Shown: one piece after another, positions 1 through 9,397 of the stretch | How positions within the stretch are numbered: the first letter of the stretch is position 1 | Layout of the letters: every line of letters starts with the position of its first letter | NCBI GenBank assembly: GCA_033763455.1 | Contig: JANRKO010000060.1 | Location: 32,001-96,000 of the forward strand | Length of the DNA: 64,000 bases | Reading direction: 5' to 3' | Origin: Polyangiaceae bacterium | GTDB taxonomy: Bacteria > Myxococcota_A > Polyangia > Polyangiales > Polyangiaceae | Position numbers and translations under genes: made by a program | Notes under the pieces: generated by a model | What the model saw: only the letters and a program-made list of their open reading frames with translations | Databases searched by the model: none | What the model was told of the DNA's origin: nothing

Positions 1-1486
1 GGGCAGGGCGGCCTGGAATTATGTAGGGGTGATGGTTGGTGATGGTTTGGGCTAACAGAAAGAGGGGCGGCGTTTTGGTGGAACGTTGAGCTAGCAGCGC
101 GGCTAGGTAGCTAAATAGATGTTCGTCCGCGACGCCCCAACGGGTTAACATTTGAGAGGCTGGTAGCGCCTTTAGGATTGCCTGGAAACCCTCTACATGC
201 TGAAAGCCTATCTTTTCGGCGAACGCGCCTTGCGCGTCAAATGCGGGATCCCCATTTTGCACCATCTGCGTTTGAAACCCTTGCTCCTTCAGCACTTCCG
301 GTAAACACCGAAGCTCTAGCGTAGGGAAAGAACGCGTGATGTTGGCGCCGAAATGTGGAATAAGAGAGCACATAGCCGACGCAAAGCCGGGCGACGTCTG
401 GATGGCAGCCGTTTCGTAGCGCGTGAAGAGCCGTGCGTCTTTTCGGTGCGCCAAGGCGGAGAGCTCCTTGGCTACCGGTTCGCCGCCAGTTTCGCTGAGC
501 ACGCGAGCGGGGAGCCCTTCGAATTCGATAACCAGCACGTCGGGAGGTTCCGCATCTAACCCCGAACAGTCTGCGTCGATGCCATCGCCGGGGGCATCGT
601 GGGCACCGGGATGAATCTGCGGAGCTTGATCGTTGCAATCGTTTGTCAAAGGGAAGCCATCCCCATCATGGTCCTTGGCGCATTCTGCGCGCTTCGCCGC
701 CCCCCATCGGCAAAGAACGTACGGAGTGCCGCGCAGCAATGGATAGTTCGCGTCGACAAAGCGTTCCGAAGCGTGGCTCGCTGCCGTCAAAATGGCCTCC
801 CGACGCGCCACTTCGGGTGGAGTCTGAAAGCGTGCTCCGCGAAACTGAAACCACGCCCAGGAGAAACCATCTGCCGCTGCGAGCTGTTGGGCGCGATGAT
901 CCAGGCTCGCCGTGGCCTGGGCGGCGCCCAAGAGAGCGAAGGCCGCAAGAATTACAGTGAGTGAAGAGCTCCACGTTCGCTGCAAGGCGACCGTACCTCT
1001 CCGTTGGTGACGCCGATGAGTAAAAAATCCAGCTGTTGCGCAACATAGCCCCAACCCCAAAGCCCAGCTGAACGCGTGCCCAAGCGGCACCGGCGACTCC
1101 AGATGCACCGAACGGAAGGGATCCCCGAGGTAGCTCAGCATGCTGAGATCGAACGGGACGTTCAGGGCTGCGAGCACACTGAGGTTAATGGAGCTCAGAA
1201 TAGTGGCAATACAGAGCAGCGCAGCGATCCCTACGAACGCCTTCCGACCTGCCCAGCCGAAGAGCCCGAGCAGCAAAATGCTCGCGCCTAGATCTTGCGC
1301 CACGCCAGCGAGCATGCCCAGAATCGCTCCACCCCGGTATTCCGCGAGCGGCGAATCGATCCAGACAAAGCCGGCTCTTCTCGCGATCCCCACTGCCACA
1401 TAGGCCGCCACTAACACGAGCTCGAGCGTGTGCTTCAGCAAATGCGTCTGCTTTGGGTAGCGCTTGTCCTCGGGCGGCTTCGTCAC
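1..1486 (-). CDS. LTA synthase (LtaS)/sulfatase-fold membrane protein with an inserted MopE-like metal-binding repeat; 3' end runs off the window
   Basis: Not in the ORF track; translated by hand as an open frame from GTG at 1486 (TTG 1516/1522 possible) to the window edge. It has about 5 N-terminal hydrophobic segments, then DHDGDGFPLTNDCNDQAPQIHPGAHDAPGDGIDADCSG, then VLVIEFEGL (metal Glu), AIQTSPG (catalytic Thr position), LPEVLKEQGFQT, WGVADEHLF and TITNHHPY. Confidence 0.8.
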   Translation of the reverse strand, partial: MTKPPEDKRYPKQTHLLKHTLELVLVAAYVAVGIARRAGFVWIDSPLAEYRGGAILGMLAGVAQDLGASILLLGLFGWAGRKAFVGIAALLCIATILSSINLSVLAALNVPFDLSMLSYLGDPFRSVHLESPVPLGHAFSWALGLGLCCATAGFFTHRRHQRRGTVALQRTWSSSLTVILAAFALLGAAQATASLDHRAQQLAAADGFSWAWFQFRGARFQTPPEVARREAILTAASHASERFVDANYPLLRGTPYVLCRWGAAKRAECAKDHDGDGFPLTNDCNDQAPQIHPGAHDAPGDGIDADCSGLDAEPPDVLVIEFEGLPARVLSETGGEPVAKELSALAHRKDARLFTRYETAAIQTSPGFASAMCSLIPHFGANITRSFPTLELRCLPEVLKEQGFQTQMVQNGDPAFDAQGAFAEKIGFQHVEGFQAILKALPASQMLTRWGVADEHLFSYLAALLAQRSTKTPPLFLLAQTITNHHPYIIPGRPA

Positions 1487-1599
1487 GGCCGGTACTTGGC
1501 GTCGGATACGAGGCAAAAGCAAGAAAAATGAGGCAAATGTGTGACGAAGAGGGGGCCTCTCTGACTTCCCGAGTGCGCCGCGGGACTGGCTACCCGGCG

Positions 1600-2030
1600 C
1601 TAGAGCACGCAGCCGATGAGTTCTTTGTCAATGGTGATCTCATCGAACCACAGTTCAAATTTCTGGGTGGTGTCTTGGTATTCGGCCCAGCCAAACCAGA
1701 TCGCGTTGAACTCGGGCAAGAGGAAGGGCTTGTCCGCGTTGCCGCCGTGTTGGGTGGCGGGCGTTGTGGCGAGCGAGGGATGTTCGACACCGTCCAGAAA
1801 GAACTTCGTTTCGTCTGTCGTGTAGTCCCCCAGCCACTCGAGGCAGAGCCACTTCTTTTCTTCTACTGGCTGGGCTGCGCCCTTCGGATCGTCGTCGGCA
1901 TTCGTCCAATCGCCGGTGCCTTCTGGCTGATTGCGGTTGTCAGTGCCTACGCCCCAGAAATTCAGGGGCGTTGGTTGTTGTAACGCTTCTGAAGTTGGCC
2001 ACCGAGGCGCACCTCGCCGGCTACGAATGT
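1600..2030 (-). pseudogene. Frameshifted, 5'-truncated remnant of a Cip1-like/lectin-fold beta-sandwich secreted protein
   Basis: The C-terminal part reads NFWGVGTDNR..GTGDWTN..KWLCLEW..FFLDGVEHPSL..WFGWAEYQ..FELWFDEITIDKELIGC. The motif expected before it (AGEVRLGGQLQ, ~2021-1990) is in a different frame that stops at TGA 1964-1962. The N-terminus of the 1600..2229 ORF is not protein-like and overlaps the upstream gene. Confidence 0.55.
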
Positions 2031-2125
2031 GCGTGTGACACACACCGATGCGTGCGAGCTTGATAGCTGCCGCTGAAGTCCAGGCGCAGCTAGCGAACCG
2101 TGAACGCTGAACATCAAGGGGTTGT

Positions 2126-3274
2126 TTAGGGGGCGTATTCGAGCACAAGCCGCGGTGGAAACGGACCACGGGTGTTGTCGTAGACGGTGCCATTGGGGTC
2201 GACAGGAAGAACCCCGAGGTACAATGCACCCGGTGCTGGTATCCGACGGACGGGAATAGGCCAGGTAACCACCTGTCCTTGTGTTACGGGACCCACATCT
2301 GTCGCGAGCGGGGCGGCCCCAACGGGCGCCGGTATCTGGTTAAGAGTTGCGAGGTCGAAAGCCGCCACAGGCCAAACTTCTCCGGAGAATTGAGACGCAG
2401 TAGCTGGGTCGTTGGAACCGGTGAGTTGGAGTGAGGCCGACACGAGTTTTTGGAAAGGAGGTGCGCTCGGGATCGTGAACTTCAGGTAGCCGCGCTGCTC
2501 AGCGCCGCTTGTCATGTCCATGAGGTCCACCGCAAGCGTGCCCGCCCCCGTGAGCCCTTCGCAATAGCTTGGATCGCTGCTGGAAAGGTCGACGCATTCG
2601 GCAATATCCGCCGTCAGAGTCACTGGTATACAGCTCATGCCCGACGTGCCGCCGTTGCAGGTTAGCATATTGCCAGCTCCCGCACTTCCCCCAGTTCCGG
2701 CACTTCCCCCAGTTCCGGCACTTCCCGCTGTTGCCCCTGTGCCCAAAGTTCCGCCAACTCCCCCCGCAGCCAGCGCTCCTCCAAAGCCGCCGCTAGCGAG
2801 TGAACCTCCCGTGGCAATATTGCCGCCTATGCCGCTGGTCGCCGTACTTTGTACGACGACGCCGAGCGCTTTTTGCGCGGTTGCTCTCCCGCCTTTGGGA
2901 GTCTCCAGAACTAAGTCGTAGGCTCCCGGGGGCAGAGTTGCTGGCGCCAAGAAGGTGACCGTGGTGCTGTTTTGCTGCACTCCCGGTAGGGCAACTTCTG
3001 TGCTTCCCTCGCGTAAGCGCACAACGAAAGCGTTGTCGACAACGATACTTGAACTTGAGTCAAGATCTATGCGAGCCAGCCCGAAGAAATTCCTCCCTGA
3101 AATGGTTACAGTGCTTGACCTTCGTTCGCTGATCACCGCTGGTGAGACGCCCGTGATAACTGGTGAGGGCTGTTCAATGTTGCCGCAGCTTGTCATTAAC
3201 GCCGCACCGAGCAGTGGCGTTCGAGCACCCTTTGGCGACACGGAGCGTAGAGCCTTGAGCCAAGAAGATGACAT
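2126..3274 (-). CDS. Lipoprotein: IPT/TIG-like Ig domain, Gly-rich linker, C-terminal DNRLRE/CBM96-like domain
   Basis: Lipobox-like ALMTSC; PVITGVSP..TVTISGRNF..LPPGAYDLVLETP (IPT-like); GGS/AGT linker; LTADIAE..RGYLKFTIP..LVSASLQLT (DNRLRE-like). Start set at ATG 3274 (TTG 3292 is an alternative). Confidence 0.65.
   Translation of the reverse strand: MSSSWLKALRSVSPKGARTPLLGAALMTSCGNIEQPSPVITGVSPAVISERRSSTVTISGRNFFGLARIDLDSSSSIVVDNAFVVRLREGSTEVALPGVQQNSTTVTFLAPATLPPGAYDLVLETPKGGRATAQKALGVVVQSTATSGIGGNIATGGSLASGGFGGALAAGGVGGTLGTGATAGSAGTGGSAGTGGSAGAGNMLTCNGGTSGMSCIPVTLTADIAECVDLSSSDPSYCEGLTGAGTLAVDLMDMTSGAEQRGYLKFTIPSAPPFQKLVSASLQLTGSNDPATASQFSGEVWPVAAFDLATLNQIPAPVGAAPLATDVGPVTQGQVVTWPIPVRRIPAPGALYLGVLPVDPNGTVYDNTRGPFPPRLVLEYAP
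2682..2726. repeat. 18-bp coding tandem repeat (~2.5 copies, GSAGTG linker)
   Basis: gcacttcccccagttccg at 2682-2699 and 2700-2717, with a partial third copy to 2726. Confidence 0.85.
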
Positions 3275-3354
3275 GAGCGGGAAGTGGGCCAAAAAATAGG
3301 GATCCGTTGTTCGGATCTACGGCCGCTCGCCCTGAAGCTTGAGCCAGCACGGAT

Positions 3355-5637
3355 TTACGGCACGCGAATGCTCAAAAGCCCTACGTTTTGCCCCTGGGAA
3401 CCCACATTGGCCGCAGGGCTAATAAAACCAAGGTAGAGGAAAACCTCGGGCTTGTTTGGGAGCGGAGCAAAGTATCCCCCGTTTGCCGGCACTGCGCTCC
3501 CGCCCCCCGCAACGGTTGCAGGCCCTTTAGTAACCTGCGACCAAGTCTCGCCAGCGTCAACGCTGCGGAAGATGCCGCTCGGTGTCATTGCGTAGACCAC
3601 GTTCTTGCTACCTGGAGCGTTGAAGAAAGCACTTACCGCATCTCCCGGCAAGGCCCGCGGCATGGAGGGTACAATCCCGGTGTTGGCTTCCGTCCAGGTG
3701 GTGCCCCCGTCTGTGCTGCGGTGGACCCCCGTTTGTCCGCCAATTAGGAGCACGCCGTTGCCAGCGGTAAAACTGACAGCACCACTCGCATCCGTGATTG
3801 GATCGATTGGCAGCGCGGATTGTTGCACCACGAAAGGCGCATCGCACAGTTCGGCGAGCTGGAAGACCATGGCCGAGCGAAAGAGTACGCGGTGGCTGTC
3901 TATCGGGTCCACAGCGATTCCAAAGGGTAAAACGTTGGCACCCTCGGGGGGCAGGTACGGTGCGCTCCAAGTTTCCCCTTGGTCGGCACTGCAGTAGATG
4001 CCTGCAGTTGTGCTCACATAGAGCCTATCGCCGTCCGCTGAGATCACGAGTGACGCTTGAGAGCCTGCGAAGGTGGTGCCAAGCCGTACCCAGGAGTCGT
4101 TGTCCGATTTATAGAGATGAACACCTCCAGCGCCACCCTTGTCGGACTCTTCGTCGAGCGCAAAAGCCATTCCTTCCTGGTGGGGGTGTGCCACGAGTGC
4201 CGTCGGTAAACCGTGGAAAGGTACCGGTGCTGCTTTCCAGTTTAAGCCGCCATCTGCAGAACGCATGGCACCCTGTTCGGTCGCAGCCCAAATGCTGTTG
4301 GGGTTGAGGCCAGTTATAGCTACGCGCAGAGCGCGGTGGGGATCTGCCTTGAGGGACCACGTTGCCCCAGAATCTGTTGTTGTGTGGATGCCGAGTGTCG
4401 TTTCAATAGCCAATTTCTCTGGTTCCGGGCCTACACTCAGCAATCGCCAGTTCCGGGCGTTATAGCTTTGCATCGAAGCAAAAGGCATGGGTGCCGGTGT
4501 CCAGGTAACGCCGCCGTCCACCGTCTGAGCAACCAATCCACCGCCAAGGGTTTCGCCCACATTGGGTTCGCTTGCAACAAGCACATGACCTTCAGGGCTT
4601 GGCTGTTGCACTACAGGATAGACTGGCGTGGTTTGCCCGGTATCTATGCTTTCCCAGCTGCTTCCGCCATTCTGAGAGCGCGTGAGAAAACCTGTTGTCC
4701 TGGTGGTGTCGGTGGCCCAGAGCGCCGCATTGGAATCGATCGCAAACGGTAACGTTGCAGGAAGCGAAACCGGCAAGCTTACCTGCTCCCAGGTTGCACC
4801 CCAGTCGGTAGAGCGGCGGAGCCAACTTTTGGCGTCCATGTTGCTCGTGGGATCGAAAACTTCGAACGGCTGGTACAAGTGGCTTGGGTCCCTCCAGTCG
4901 ATGAGAAGGGCCCCGGGGGTCAGAAATTCGCCGGGCTTTGCCGCGGGCAGGGGGCTCACGTTGGTCCAACTGCTGCCCCCATTGCGCGTGAACGCCGGGC
5001 CTTGTGCTGTTTGCAGCCAGACGGCCTTTGGATCCGTGAGCGAGATAGCCAATACAGAAATAGGGGCCTGTTCCACCGGGGTTGTCGCACGCATCGGTTT
5101 CCAGGTGACTCCGCCATCCGTTGATTGGAGAACGCTTCTGGCAAGGTCAGCGTTGGCTGGTGTGTCGGCGGTAACACCGATCAATAACAACGGGTCGCTC
5201 GGCGCAGGTCGCACGTCGGTGAGGGATGCTGGCGTTTCGAGGCGGCACCACTCGATGCCGTTATCCAAAGACCGCATGAGGCTTGTGTGTGTCTGACCCG
5301 AGCTGATCCAGGTGCCTAATGCGTAAAGCGCACTCCCATCCGAGACCGAGCGAACCTCACTCAATCGAGCAGGCCTGGCGCGCGGCACCGAGAACATGTC
5401 GCCGCTATCGCTGGGCCATGGGGCGCAAGCGGGGAACCTGCCTTTCGGCGCGGTACTTTCGGTCGGCTTCTTCTCGCCGCATGCTGCACAGAGCGTGAGT
5501 AGGCCGAGGGCCCAGCTCAGATTCCCGGCCAATCGCGGTGGGCGCGATCGAAGTGGGGGCGTGCCTTTTCGGTTCAATGGATACCTCTGGGGAGGGCATA
5601 CGGCCGGATCCCGAGGGATTTTAGGGGATGTGACCAC
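3355..5637 (-). CDS. Asp-box (BNR) repeat beta-propeller lipoprotein, VPS10/sialidase-like fold
   Basis: Lipobox-like LCAAC-G; about 12 SxDxGxTW Asp-boxes (e.g. QSTDGGVTW, RSTDWGATW, QTVDGGVTW, RSADGGLNW, RSTDGGTTW, RSVDAGETW). Confidence 0.8.
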   Translation of the reverse strand: MVTSPKIPRDPAVCPPQRYPLNRKGTPPLRSRPPRLAGNLSWALGLLTLCAACGEKKPTESTAPKGRFPACAPWPSDSGDMFSVPRARPARLSEVRSVSDGSALYALGTWISSGQTHTSLMRSLDNGIEWCRLETPASLTDVRPAPSDPLLLIGVTADTPANADLARSVLQSTDGGVTWKPMRATTPVEQAPISVLAISLTDPKAVWLQTAQGPAFTRNGGSSWTNVSPLPAAKPGEFLTPGALLIDWRDPSHLYQPFEVFDPTSNMDAKSWLRRSTDWGATWEQVSLPVSLPATLPFAIDSNAALWATDTTRTTGFLTRSQNGGSSWESIDTGQTTPVYPVVQQPSPEGHVLVASEPNVGETLGGGLVAQTVDGGVTWTPAPMPFASMQSYNARNWRLLSVGPEPEKLAIETTLGIHTTTDSGATWSLKADPHRALRVAITGLNPNSIWAATEQGAMRSADGGLNWKAAPVPFHGLPTALVAHPHQEGMAFALDEESDKGGAGGVHLYKSDNDSWVRLGTTFAGSQASLVISADGDRLYVSTTAGIYCSADQGETWSAPYLPPEGANVLPFGIAVDPIDSHRVLFRSAMVFQLAELCDAPFVVQQSALPIDPITDASGAVSFTAGNGVLLIGGQTGVHRSTDGGTTWTEANTGIVPSMPRALPGDAVSAFFNAPGSKNVVYAMTPSGIFRSVDAGETWSQVTKGPATVAGGGSAVPANGGYFAPLPNKPEVFLYLGFISPAANVGSQGQNVGLLSIRVP

Positions 5638-5695
5638 TTTCTACGTAGGTTGCGCCTTGGCTCTCGACCCGCGGCTTCTAAGAAGCGGCTAGCCC

Positions 5696-7147
5696 CTAGG
5701 TATACAGTTCGCTGAGCGGCCCATCCACCATGGTAGCCCCCACCGTTTTTACATCGGGCAAGCCCATATACTGTACTGCGCTCACCAACAAACGAGCCAT
5801 GTCTTCACCAGCGGCTCGCAGCCCAGCAGGGCGTGTGTCTACCGACTTGCCTTGAAGATAACGGCCCGTCTTGAAGGTGCCCTGACCCGATCCAAATAGC
5901 ATCACAGGTAAACTTCCTGTTTCGTGCGGATCACGAGTGTTTTCGTTTCCGCCAAGCTCAGAGGCCCATACAACAAGGGTAGAATCAAGCAGTGGCTTGC
6001 CGTGCGCGTCGCGTGTGGCTTTCAGCTTGTCGAGGAGTGAAGCCACCTGTGTTGCGTAAAAACGCGTGAAAATTCGCAATGCAACCGTGCGTTCGGCAGA
6101 AGGGTCGTTGTGGGTCCAAGGATGATGCGCGGGCCCCGAATCGCCCGAATCAACCTTCGCCGAGGAAGGAACCTTGTAGTGCTCTGGCAGCCGATTGCGC
6201 GCGGCTTGCCCAGCGAATTGAAAGGCAATGACATGTGAAAGCTCGCAAGCCAACACCGTGCTGATGAGCTCATTGAAGGCGGCCATTTGGGGCTCGATGT
6301 GCTCGGGCTTGCCCCAATCTCGTTCGGCAGGCTGCCGAGGCTTCTGGCAAGCATTCAGCGCAGGGTTGTCGAGGAACCCTGAAACGAGGTTTCGCTCCAT
6401 GGAGCGGAGCGTGGTGCAGTGGTCGTCCAGCAAATGGCTGGCTTCGGTACCAAGCTCACTTTGAACTTTTGCGCAGTCTCGTGCGAGGAAGTCGAGCACG
6501 CTGCGATCGCGCGTTATGGAGGCCTCGGCGGCGCTCAGCGATACTTTCCCTGAGGGATCCATGAAGCGGCCAAAGATCTGCGCGAAGGCTCGCTTGGGGT
6601 TGGCTTCAGGTGAAATATTGCGACCAGGAGCTGCGCAGAAACCCTCCCCTGTGCCCCCGGCCTGAGAAGTGCCTGCGAGGCCCCACACCAAAGAGCGCAC
6701 AAGGCCCGCACGATTTTCTGCTTCGAGCCGACGGCCGATCACCTGGTCGACGGTTTCGCCCATGTTGGCGTATTGGTTACCACCAAACCCCGCCCCATAA
6801 CCGCTGAAGACCTGACCTCCCAACCCGTGCCCGTTTCCCTTAACAACGCCCTGCCCGGTGGCGGCCATATGGGAAAAGAAAATCCCTTCTGCGCGGTGGC
6901 GCGCTAGTGGGCCCCACCATTCATGAAACTTGAATTTGTGTTCGGTGCCACTAACGGGCCCCGAGGCCATCATGGGGCCATTGGGCGAAAAGATAAAAAT
7001 AACCCTACGGGGTGAAAGCTCGGAACCCCATGCGTCGCGTTGCCGAAGCACAGGGGCTAAGAGGGCGGAAAGCGCCGTGTTAGCGACAAGCGAACGCCGT
7101 GAGATGTGCGAAGACGTTCGAGAAGTAGGGGGAAATGAAGGCTTCAT
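5696..7147 (-). CDS. DUF1552 (HXXSHH) family protein, Tat-exported
   Basis: Twin-Arg signal SRRSLV; PRRVIFIFSPNG; ETVDQVIG; RSVLDFL..LDDHCTTLRSMER; AHHPWTH; LLDSTLVVWASELG; H..GSLPVMLFG. Confidence 0.85.
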   Translation of the reverse strand: MKPSFPPTSRTSSHISRRSLVANTALSALLAPVLRQRDAWGSELSPRRVIFIFSPNGPMMASGPVSGTEHKFKFHEWWGPLARHRAEGIFFSHMAATGQGVVKGNGHGLGGQVFSGYGAGFGGNQYANMGETVDQVIGRRLEAENRAGLVRSLVWGLAGTSQAGGTGEGFCAAPGRNISPEANPKRAFAQIFGRFMDPSGKVSLSAAEASITRDRSVLDFLARDCAKVQSELGTEASHLLDDHCTTLRSMERNLVSGFLDNPALNACQKPRQPAERDWGKPEHIEPQMAAFNELISTVLACELSHVIAFQFAGQAARNRLPEHYKVPSSAKVDSGDSGPAHHPWTHNDPSAERTVALRIFTRFYATQVASLLDKLKATRDAHGKPLLDSTLVVWASELGGNENTRDPHETGSLPVMLFGSGQGTFKTGRYLQGKSVDTRPAGLRAAGEDMARLLVSAVQYMGLPDVKTVGATMVDGPLSELYT

Positions 7148-7154
7148 GTGGCAT

Positions 7155-9209
7155 TTACCTCGTGGTGACGACCTGCATGAACTCGGGTGCCGAGACGAGA
7201 GCGTGGAAAATGGCCGGCACGTTACCGTGGGTGTTTTGTGCCACAGTACTTAGCCTGCTAACTAAGAGCTCGTCCGCAGGGACTAACGCGCGGCCAAACG
7301 CCCACTTGACCGCTGCTTGCGCAAAGCAGGAGTGAACCTGTGTATGATTGGCCAGCTTGCGTACCAATTCCGCGGGTGAGGAAAAACGCAGTGCCTCCCC
7401 CGAACTCAAAGTAACGCTCCCCGCAAGGTCCCACTCTTTGGCTGAGCGATCATGTTTCATCCAACGGCCCACCGGGTCGAACGGCAGAAAAGCGTACCCT
7501 AGCGGGGAGAAGGATTGGTGGCACCCCACGCACACGGGGGTGACAGAAGTGCGAAACTCGAGATTCTCTCGTGTTGATAGGCCAGGGGGAGCATTCGTGC
7601 GAGCCATGGCAGCGGCGTCCGGAGGGGGGGGAGGTACCGGTTCGCACAAGAGTGCGTCGCGGAAGAAGGCCCCCAGCTGGAAGGGTGAGGAGCCGTTCTC
7701 TTTGGTGTGAGCCGCTAAAACCTGTGGATGCATGAGCAGCCCCATGCGACCGGTTGTTTCGGTGTCTCCGGTGGGCCTTCGGGTGTCAGTCCCAGGTTGA
7801 ATCACTTTCGTTATGGCTTCGTCGCTGAGGTAGCTAGTGCTCAACAGGAGCTCCGCTACTGTTGGGTTTTTACTCTCAAAGAGCACGCGGGCAATGGTGC
7901 CCTCGGCACTCTGCCGCGCTTTGGCTTCGAAATCTTGCCTCAAGTCTTTCTTGTAGCGATCGGATTTTTGGTTGATCTTGCCTTCGTTGGCGCCCAACCA
8001 TTCCAAGACAAATACTACCTGGGCTTTCTTTCCGAGCGCGGTGGCGTGAAGGCGCTCGAATTGACGCACCCGTTCCTCCGCATCAGTGAGGCGCCCCGCT
8101 TGAGCGGCAGCTAGTAGCTCCGAATCGGCTGGCCCCAACGTTGCAAGGAATGCAAGCCTGCCTGCAATTTCCTCGGCCTGTAGAGCTCGCAGGTGACTCA
8201 CTCCCGCGATAGGCTCACCAAGCTCTTGGCGGTAGAGAAACGAGGGCGACATGAAGAGCGTGACCAAGAGGGCTTGCACGGCTTCGGTGTCTTTGGCAGG
8301 CGAGTTGCCTGCCCCGTCGAACAAGCTAAGCAAAAGCGCCTTTTCTGGTTCTGCTAGGGCACGTCGGAAAACGCGCACTGAAAGATCCGTAGCCCAGTTC
8401 GCAAGGCATTCACGTTGAGCGGCTTGGGTAAACGAGCAACCAGTATGAACGAGCAGTTGGGCCGAAACTCTCTTAGCAAAATCTTCGATAACAACCTGCA
8501 ACGCGCGCACTTCATTGGAGAGCAATGGCATGCCTGCGGTCACCAAAAGGCCGTGCCCCAGCCTGGGATCTTCCGGCAACTCAGAGCGTAACGGCGCCAC
8601 ACCGAGAAGCACTTGGAGCGTGGTAACAATTTCATCCCGTGAGAGGCGGCGCAAGGCCGATGGCTGGCCTTCATATTGGATCGGCAATGTCGCAGTGTGC
8701 GTCGGGGGCACTAGAATGTCGCGCAGCACCCGCGCATTGTGCGGCCCGTGTTTCACCTCCGAGAGCCAGCTCAACAATACTTGTTCTTCAGGGCTGCCTT
8801 GCTTGATCTTTTCGCCCCCGCCGTGATTGACGCGCTTGGTAGGTTTGACCAACAGGGGTGAGGCTTGGGGATCCTCTGTATCCACAAGCTCCCAGAACTT
8901 CTCGTTGAGCGCCTCAAAATCTGCAGCGGTCGCGTTTTTGCTCGGGAAGCGGAGCCGAGTATCTGAAGCCATGCCATCCGCACGGTGGCAGCCACGGCAC
9001 CCTGCGCGTGAGAACACAGCTGCGAGTTGTTGCCCTGCGGTGGCGAGCTTGGGTGATGGCTCTTGCTCCCCCTGAGCACGTTGAGGGGGCTTAGGTGTCG
9101 GCGTCTGGCCAGGAGCGAGGTGCTGTGGGGCACCACAACCAAGAAGGCCGAGAAACATACCTGCACCCCAAGCTGCGTACCCCAGAGGCCGGAACGAGTG
9201 GAAGCGCAT
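7155..9209 (-). CDS. DUF1592/DUF1588/DUF1585-type lipoprotein with two CxxCH heme-c motifs
   Basis: Lipobox LLGC; N-terminal CRGCH followed by DPQASPLLVKPT..NHGGG; LRRLSRDE; FMSPSFLYRQE; LLCEPVPPPPP; TRE..CVGCH..PLGYAF..FDPVGRW. Start at ATG 9209 (TTG 9233 is an alternative). Confidence 0.85.
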   Translation of the reverse strand: MRFHSFRPLGYAAWGAGMFLGLLGCGAPQHLAPGQTPTPKPPQRAQGEQEPSPKLATAGQQLAAVFSRAGCRGCHRADGMASDTRLRFPSKNATAADFEALNEKFWELVDTEDPQASPLLVKPTKRVNHGGGEKIKQGSPEEQVLLSWLSEVKHGPHNARVLRDILVPPTHTATLPIQYEGQPSALRRLSRDEIVTTLQVLLGVAPLRSELPEDPRLGHGLLVTAGMPLLSNEVRALQVVIEDFAKRVSAQLLVHTGCSFTQAAQRECLANWATDLSVRVFRRALAEPEKALLLSLFDGAGNSPAKDTEAVQALLVTLFMSPSFLYRQELGEPIAGVSHLRALQAEEIAGRLAFLATLGPADSELLAAAQAGRLTDAEERVRQFERLHATALGKKAQVVFVLEWLGANEGKINQKSDRYKKDLRQDFEAKARQSAEGTIARVLFESKNPTVAELLLSTSYLSDEAITKVIQPGTDTRRPTGDTETTGRMGLLMHPQVLAAHTKENGSSPFQLGAFFRDALLCEPVPPPPPDAAAMARTNAPPGLSTRENLEFRTSVTPVCVGCHQSFSPLGYAFLPFDPVGRWMKHDRSAKEWDLAGSVTLSSGEALRFSSPAELVRKLANHTQVHSCFAQAAVKWAFGRALVPADELLVSRLSTVAQNTHGNVPAIFHALVSAPEFMQVVTTR

Positions 9210-9397
9210 GTCTATGCCTATCGCCCAGTGCAAGGGACGTCCAGGGAGCTCGCCTCAAGCTTTAGCTGGCGAGGTCAGTAGTGCACAAGCTAGAGCAACA
9301 CTCACCGATCCCTGTAATCGACTGGCGTTCACAGAGTTTGCCGCCGTCACGTTCCCGGGAGCTTGGCGGCTTTGGTTTTCGCGTGCCTTTGGATTGG

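Noticed and set aside
237..1983. Short ORF-track calls at 237..638, 599..964, 666..1046 and 1453..1983
   Set aside because: They are off-frame or antisense shadows of the uncalled LtaS-like gene and the Cip1-like remnant.
9230..9245. Sigma-54-like TGGACGTCCCTTGCA on the minus strand upstream of the DUF1592 gene
   Set aside because: The GG-to-GC spacing is 9 nt, not the required 10.
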